Below are positions 63,500-64,000 of a stretch of DNA of 64,000 nt, one piece after another (positions within the stretch are counted from its first letter, which is position 1; each line of letters opens with the position of its first letter). The translations under genes and the position numbers were made by a program. Below the pieces are notes generated by a model, which had not been told where the DNA came from, ran no database searches, and worked only from the letters and a program-made list of their open reading frames with translations. Source of the stretch: Eledone cirrhosa (lineage: Eukaryota); the NCBI GenBank assembly GCA_964016885.1, contig OZ024742.1, positions 61,132,001-61,196,000 on the forward strand. Direction: 5' to 3'.

Positions 63500-63561
63500 A
63501 CATCCTGGTCTGTTTATTGAATTGATATATATATATATATCATACATCATATATTTATATG

Positions 63562-63720
<159 letters not shown>

Positions 63721-64000
63721 TATCATATATTTATATGTATATATTTATATATGATATATATATGTATATATATATAGTGAGAGAGAGCTATGAGTATGTT
63801 AGCGTGTGTATGTATGTGCTTTTATGTGTTATTGCGCATGTCTTTTGGTTTTTCATAACGAAACACATGTGTTGCACTTTGTGGGAAAGTAGATTCACCT
63901 GTCAAGCTTTTCAAAACTAATTACAGCGAAAACCTCGAAAGAAGCTATGGCACACCAATCACTAATCATGATGTTATAACATAAGTAAATAAGTAACACA

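Overview
Eukaryotic, AT-rich, microsatellite-dense DNA with no recognisable host gene; the SINE content and repeat style suggest an octopus/cephalopod genome (inference). Almost all coding signal comes from non-LTR retrotransposons. Two clusters of Tx1/L1-clade LINEs sit head-to-tail, mostly at (AAT)n/(TTA)n tracts: ~7.9-34.3 kb (all minus strand) and ~53.0-61.6 kb (all plus strand). They are interleaved with R4/Dong-type fragments in the opposite orientation and with a tRNA-derived SINE whose 3' end resembles the Tx1 3' end. Decayed RTE, CRE, R4 and Penelope-like (PLE) fragments are also present. The signal the ORF track misses is RNA-level: hand-folded type I hammerhead ribozyme (HHR) motifs occur in small non-coding elements within TA-rich tracts. 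These are a ~422-bp tandem/inverted repeat array with three minimal HHRs (retrozyme-like, 3.27-4.70 kb), a 346-bp palindrome with an HHR on each strand (36.6-37.0 kb), a canonical HHR (44.13 kb), a minimal HHR (63.44 kb) and several degenerate copies. All structures were folded by eye and none is tested.
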